A stretch of DNA of 64,000 bases, taken from NCBI GenBank assembly GCA_011109175.1, contig RDEW01000095.1:40046-104045 (forward strand). The letters run 5' to 3'. The position numbers and the translations under genes are program-made. This DNA is from Dicyema japonicum (lineage: Eukaryota; Animalia; Dicyemida). The stretch's first letter is position 1. Every line of letters begins with the position of its first letter. Positions 60,268-64,000 of this stretch are shown here, piece after piece. Under the pieces are notes generated by a model that saw only the letters and a program-made list of their open reading frames with translations, did no database searches and was not told the origin of the DNA.

Positions 60268-61599
60268 AAGATAAGTCTTAGTCTAAATTATGTGCGGAGC
60301 GAAAATGTTTTTTGGACGTTTGATCGATCCTTATGGCTACCACCACCGTCGTGCAGCCTGAGCCAACCGTTTCCCAAGGCACATTAATTCAACGTAACAT
60401 AGAAAAACGCACTTTCCTCTGCTTGCATGTGTTGCAGATTTGTTCCCATTGATGTTGGTAATGAGATTCAAAGGCAAATGGGGGACCTATCAAATAATAA
60501 TTGTGCAACGCATATAACTCTTTGAGAAGAGATTTCATGATTGACCTTTGCTAGAAAAAACACTGAAAATTTATCTAAGGATATGATCCTTTCTACTATG
60601 AAAGTGTATCGGTTATATAGAGGAGATAGGAAAGTCTCTATTACAAAGTGTCGATTCGATCCAGATCAGAAGCAAAATCACTTGACGATTTAACTACTTG
60701 ATTGCCCATTAGATGATTACATCTGAATGGATCAGAAGAGTTCTTCCAGTAATGCTATAACTGTCAACTATATATGGACTAGCTTCCTTCTGTAAAGAGA
60801 AGAGGAGTCTTCGCTGCAATGGGGAACACGATCTTGTCAGATGTGTCTTGACCAATCATTATTTCAGGTACACAGTGTCCTGTCTCTAAAACAGCTGAAC
60901 TGAGGGTGCGAAATAGTGACACGAGGGCTGCCAATATGTTGACATCCTATGGAAAGATGGGGCTACGTATGGACAGGAACATCCATCCTGTATTAAAATC
61001 ATCCCCAAAGATCTCAATACTAGAATGTGAATTGTGGATGTAATAAGACAAACGCGAAAGACAGTCTCTAAAGTTCCTGGTCGTATCGTGTGGCCTTAAA
61101 TTTTAACTTCGAAAGGACTCAACCACTTCTATCTTATCTTACCTAGGGCTATTTTGAGTCCTGTCACATTTATTATCTTTGTCGTCCCCTGTCTTGTCTT
61201 TCACTATTGACCCTTTCATGTTTCTATCAGCCTGCCTTCATGTTTAGCTAATAATTATGCAGCTATCTTAGTATCTCCGGTGAAAACTCCCTGGTTGGGT
61301 AGCTGTCATCCCCTTCTCGAAGTAAATGCTTGATTCGGGATGAGAACTGCACCGACACCTAATCCCAGTCGAGACTTTCAGGCTCCGCGTTGAAAGCTGG
61401 AATATTGTGAGTTTCATATAATTCTGTAAAATAGATTAACTTGCGCCTAGTAAAATTACACTTAAAGATTTTACAATGTCGATATCCATGACTATTTTGA
61501 ATTTTTATATATTCCCAGTTCGGTTGGACACAATGTGCAAAGGAGTAGTCAATTACAGTTCTGGCGAGATTGAAAGCAATATGGGAACTGGCATTGGTC

Positions 61600-63540
61600 G
61601 GTAGTTGGGGGGTATTGATCCTATATGATTTTTGGCGGTCTCACGTAGTTTGTCCGATCCTCTAAGAAGCTGATAACCAACTCCTTAGTTCCAGGGGAAT
61701 TCCTCTTTCAACGAGGGCGCATCGGATGCCAGACCTAGTCGAACGCCCTCTCCATATCCAGGAACAGCGGTTGTGCACTGCCTCAGATTCCAGTGGTGCG
61801 GATCTAAGAGCTCAACCTCCAGAGGCAGTCCCCACAGGAACGCCCCTCACGAAATCCCATCTAAAGGTCCGAGAGGGTGTCTCTCATTATGCATTCCTGG
61901 GTAAACTCTGATGTATCACTCTCTCTAAGATTTTAGCAACGGCAGGCAACAGGCTTATAGGGCGGTAGCTACTAGGATCATCAGGAGGTTTTCCTGGTTT
62001 CCTTACAAAAACCAGTTCCGCTTCCTTCCAACGCCTAGGAACGTAACCCAACCTGATGCTACCGTTATACAACCTTACCAAGCCCGCCAGCAGGCTTACG
62101 AATTCGCTCGGTCTCCAAAGCTACCTGCGAAGATGTTCGAAACTTCGGTTGGGTCTGAGGTTATAGATCCATCCGCACGACTCAAGGTACGTGCAGACGA
62201 CGCATACCCTCTGCCCGATAGTCGCTTGAGTTGACGTCCGGCCATGCAGGGTTCAACCTCTCGCAGGCCCTCCTCCACTTATTACTCTGGAAGTCAACAA
62301 GCCCCTCCATGATTTCCTTCTTCTAGATGTTCGCCCTATTCTTGCAGTAGGTCCTATTTTCTTCCTACACGCACTTCGAGCGGAATCTCAAGTACCTCTT
62401 TCAAAGTATTATTTTACTTGAAATCAGGCCTAGAATCTACGCGAAACTTTCACTATGCAGACGTAACCGAAAGTTAGTCCGCATGTATTCTTCAAGGATA
62501 TCACGCACAGTGGCATCCATTTCCTCCACGTCTTCTTCACTGCAAACTTGCCCTTTGAGAAAAGGGAGTTTTCTATCCATGAACGACTCAAGGTTATCTC
62601 AAGTGCCAGAGCCCAAGTCGTAGCCAATTGGGGCCTGAGATCAAGCAGGTTCCTGAAGCTTGGTGAGTAGCTGACGGTGATCGCTTCCGATGTCCCTAAG
62701 AACACGAAGTACAGAGAGCATACCAATTAACGATGGAGAGGCTACGGCCATTCCCAGGTAGTCCTCTCCTCCTCTTGAATCCTTTTGGTTAGGATCCGTT
62801 GATGTAGTAACGGAAAACCCAAGATCCCCGGCTAGGTTCTTTATGAAACAGGGGGCATTTCGAGTGGCTCGCCCTGTGTCCTTCCTCTCCACAGTTCACG
62901 CACTTGAGAGACCTGACTTTGGATTGACAGGCCTTCCGTGAATGTGGGCCCCCGCAATTTAGTCACTTCTCTTTATAGTGCATCGGGGGCTGGTGTGGCC
63001 GAATCCCTGGCATCTGTAGCACTGGATTGCTACCGGTCGCTCTCGGGGCCACACCGAACCTAAAGTAACCAATTCGTACCTTCTCTAGGCAGATCCTCTC
63101 TGCCTCTGCTCCTGATCGAAGCCAGACCTTCAAGGTCCTGAGCCTTCTGCCGCCACTCTTGAAGCGCTCGATCTTGTGCGCCGTGGGGTAGTCCTTCTTA
63201 ATGTGATCTAGTACATCATCTCCGAAGTCCAGGGGACCCCGAAGACTAGCACTACTGAGTCAGTTTCCTTGGGGATGACCCGAGACATGTTATGTGCCCC
63301 GGGCCCAAAAGGTACCTTATCATTAACCTCAGCTTCAAAAGCTCAGGCGTCCACCTCGTTCCTGAATCCCACCAACAAGTGGGATTCTCCTAGTTTGACG
63401 ATCCTTCCTTTGGCATAGGTAGACAAAGTACCTATGGCGCATAAGAGTTTGACAACTCCCACCTTCGGCACCTCCAGAAGAAACTAGTGTAGTTAGTCCT
63501 ACCCCAACCTGATTTTTGCCTTCCACCCTCGGCATCAAAA
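61600..63540 (-). mobile_element. Jockey/R1-like LINE with gag (3 zinc knuckles), truncated APE and RT; internally deleted
   Basis: QCYRCQGFGHTSPRC, NCGGPHSRKAC, CVNCGEEGHRASHSKCP; DIGSDH; WKEAELVFVRKPGKPPDDPSSYRPISLLPAVAKILERVI; GFREGRSC; FLDMERAFD.VWH. Confidence 0.88.
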
Positions 63541-63770
63541 AACAAAACAGCTAATGGCTTTTCAAGATGTTCTCTGTTACAATCGTGAGAGGCAACGCCA
63601 CGTCGAATATATCGGCGGGGATCACTTTGGATAGATGGCTGTTGTTAATTAATTATTATTGTTGCTTTTAAATAAAAGTTAATTAAAAAACAACTAATTA
63701 ATTTTTTTGAAATATAATTTAATTTAATTTTTATGAAATATATTTGAGACAAGATCTTGCTGCTTAAACT

Positions 63771-64000
63771 GGGTGGCTTAGTGGTTAGGTGTCGGGCTTA
63801 AGTGGCTTAGGCTACGGGTTCGAACCACCTGGTGGAAGGTTCCACGCATCTACGATGCAGAAATTGGTTTGACGAGTGACGCCGTCATCAGTGAATACTC
63901 ACTGCGGAACTGGATTGTTTAAAAAGACACCCACAAAAGGAAAAAAAAAAAAAAGTGAAGATCATTCCTTGGTTCTACGATTAGTTAAAATTAACTGTTC
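63771..64000 (+). mobile_element. tRNA-headed SINE family B (best-preserved copy; runs off the window end)
   Basis: A box TGGCTTAGTGG (63774-63784), B box GGTTCGAACC (63817-63826), structured body and internal A-tract. Three further copies in the window. Confidence 0.8.

Noticed and set aside
63860-63915. CTGATGA motifs in SINE families (also 39405, 54113, 20137) suggesting hammerhead ribozymes
   Set aside because: No correctly placed GAAA closes a stem II, and there is no stem III or cleavage triplet. The motifs are explained by SINE hairpins or tRNA-like heads.

Overview
AT-rich eukaryotic (animal) genomic DNA. Compact genes are split by roughly 110 tiny GT-AG introns (my manual count), almost all 21-28 nt long. 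Metazoan-type genes (CSK, papilin, GIT, CLIC) together with such introns point to a dicyemid-like mesozoan; this is an inference. Genes reconstructed by hand across the introns: VPS35 (3' end), calpain, glycerol kinase, TP53RK/Bud32, NADPH-cytochrome P450 reductase, TRMT10C/MRPP1-like, CSK, a WD40 protein, CCDC17-like, DNA polymerase gamma, mitoferrin, GIT-like ArfGAP, selenoprotein T (in-frame TGA plus a SECIS candidate, not visible in the ORF track), PMPCB, CLIC/EXC-4-like and a short papilin. RNA genes are tRNA-Lys(CTT), U2 snRNA and a solitary 5S rRNA. The intergenic space is filled with eroded non-LTR retrotransposons (CRE/RLE, RTE, Jockey/I-like), several tRNA-headed SINE families and MITE ends. 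Highlights: the hidden selenoprotein; micro-introns with almost no splice signal beyond GT/AG and length; a natural Y951F-equivalent in Pol gamma; an arginine-finger-less GIT; and a SINE body that folds into a conserved four-way junction. About eight single-base deficits in homopolymers within genes are most likely assembly errors.
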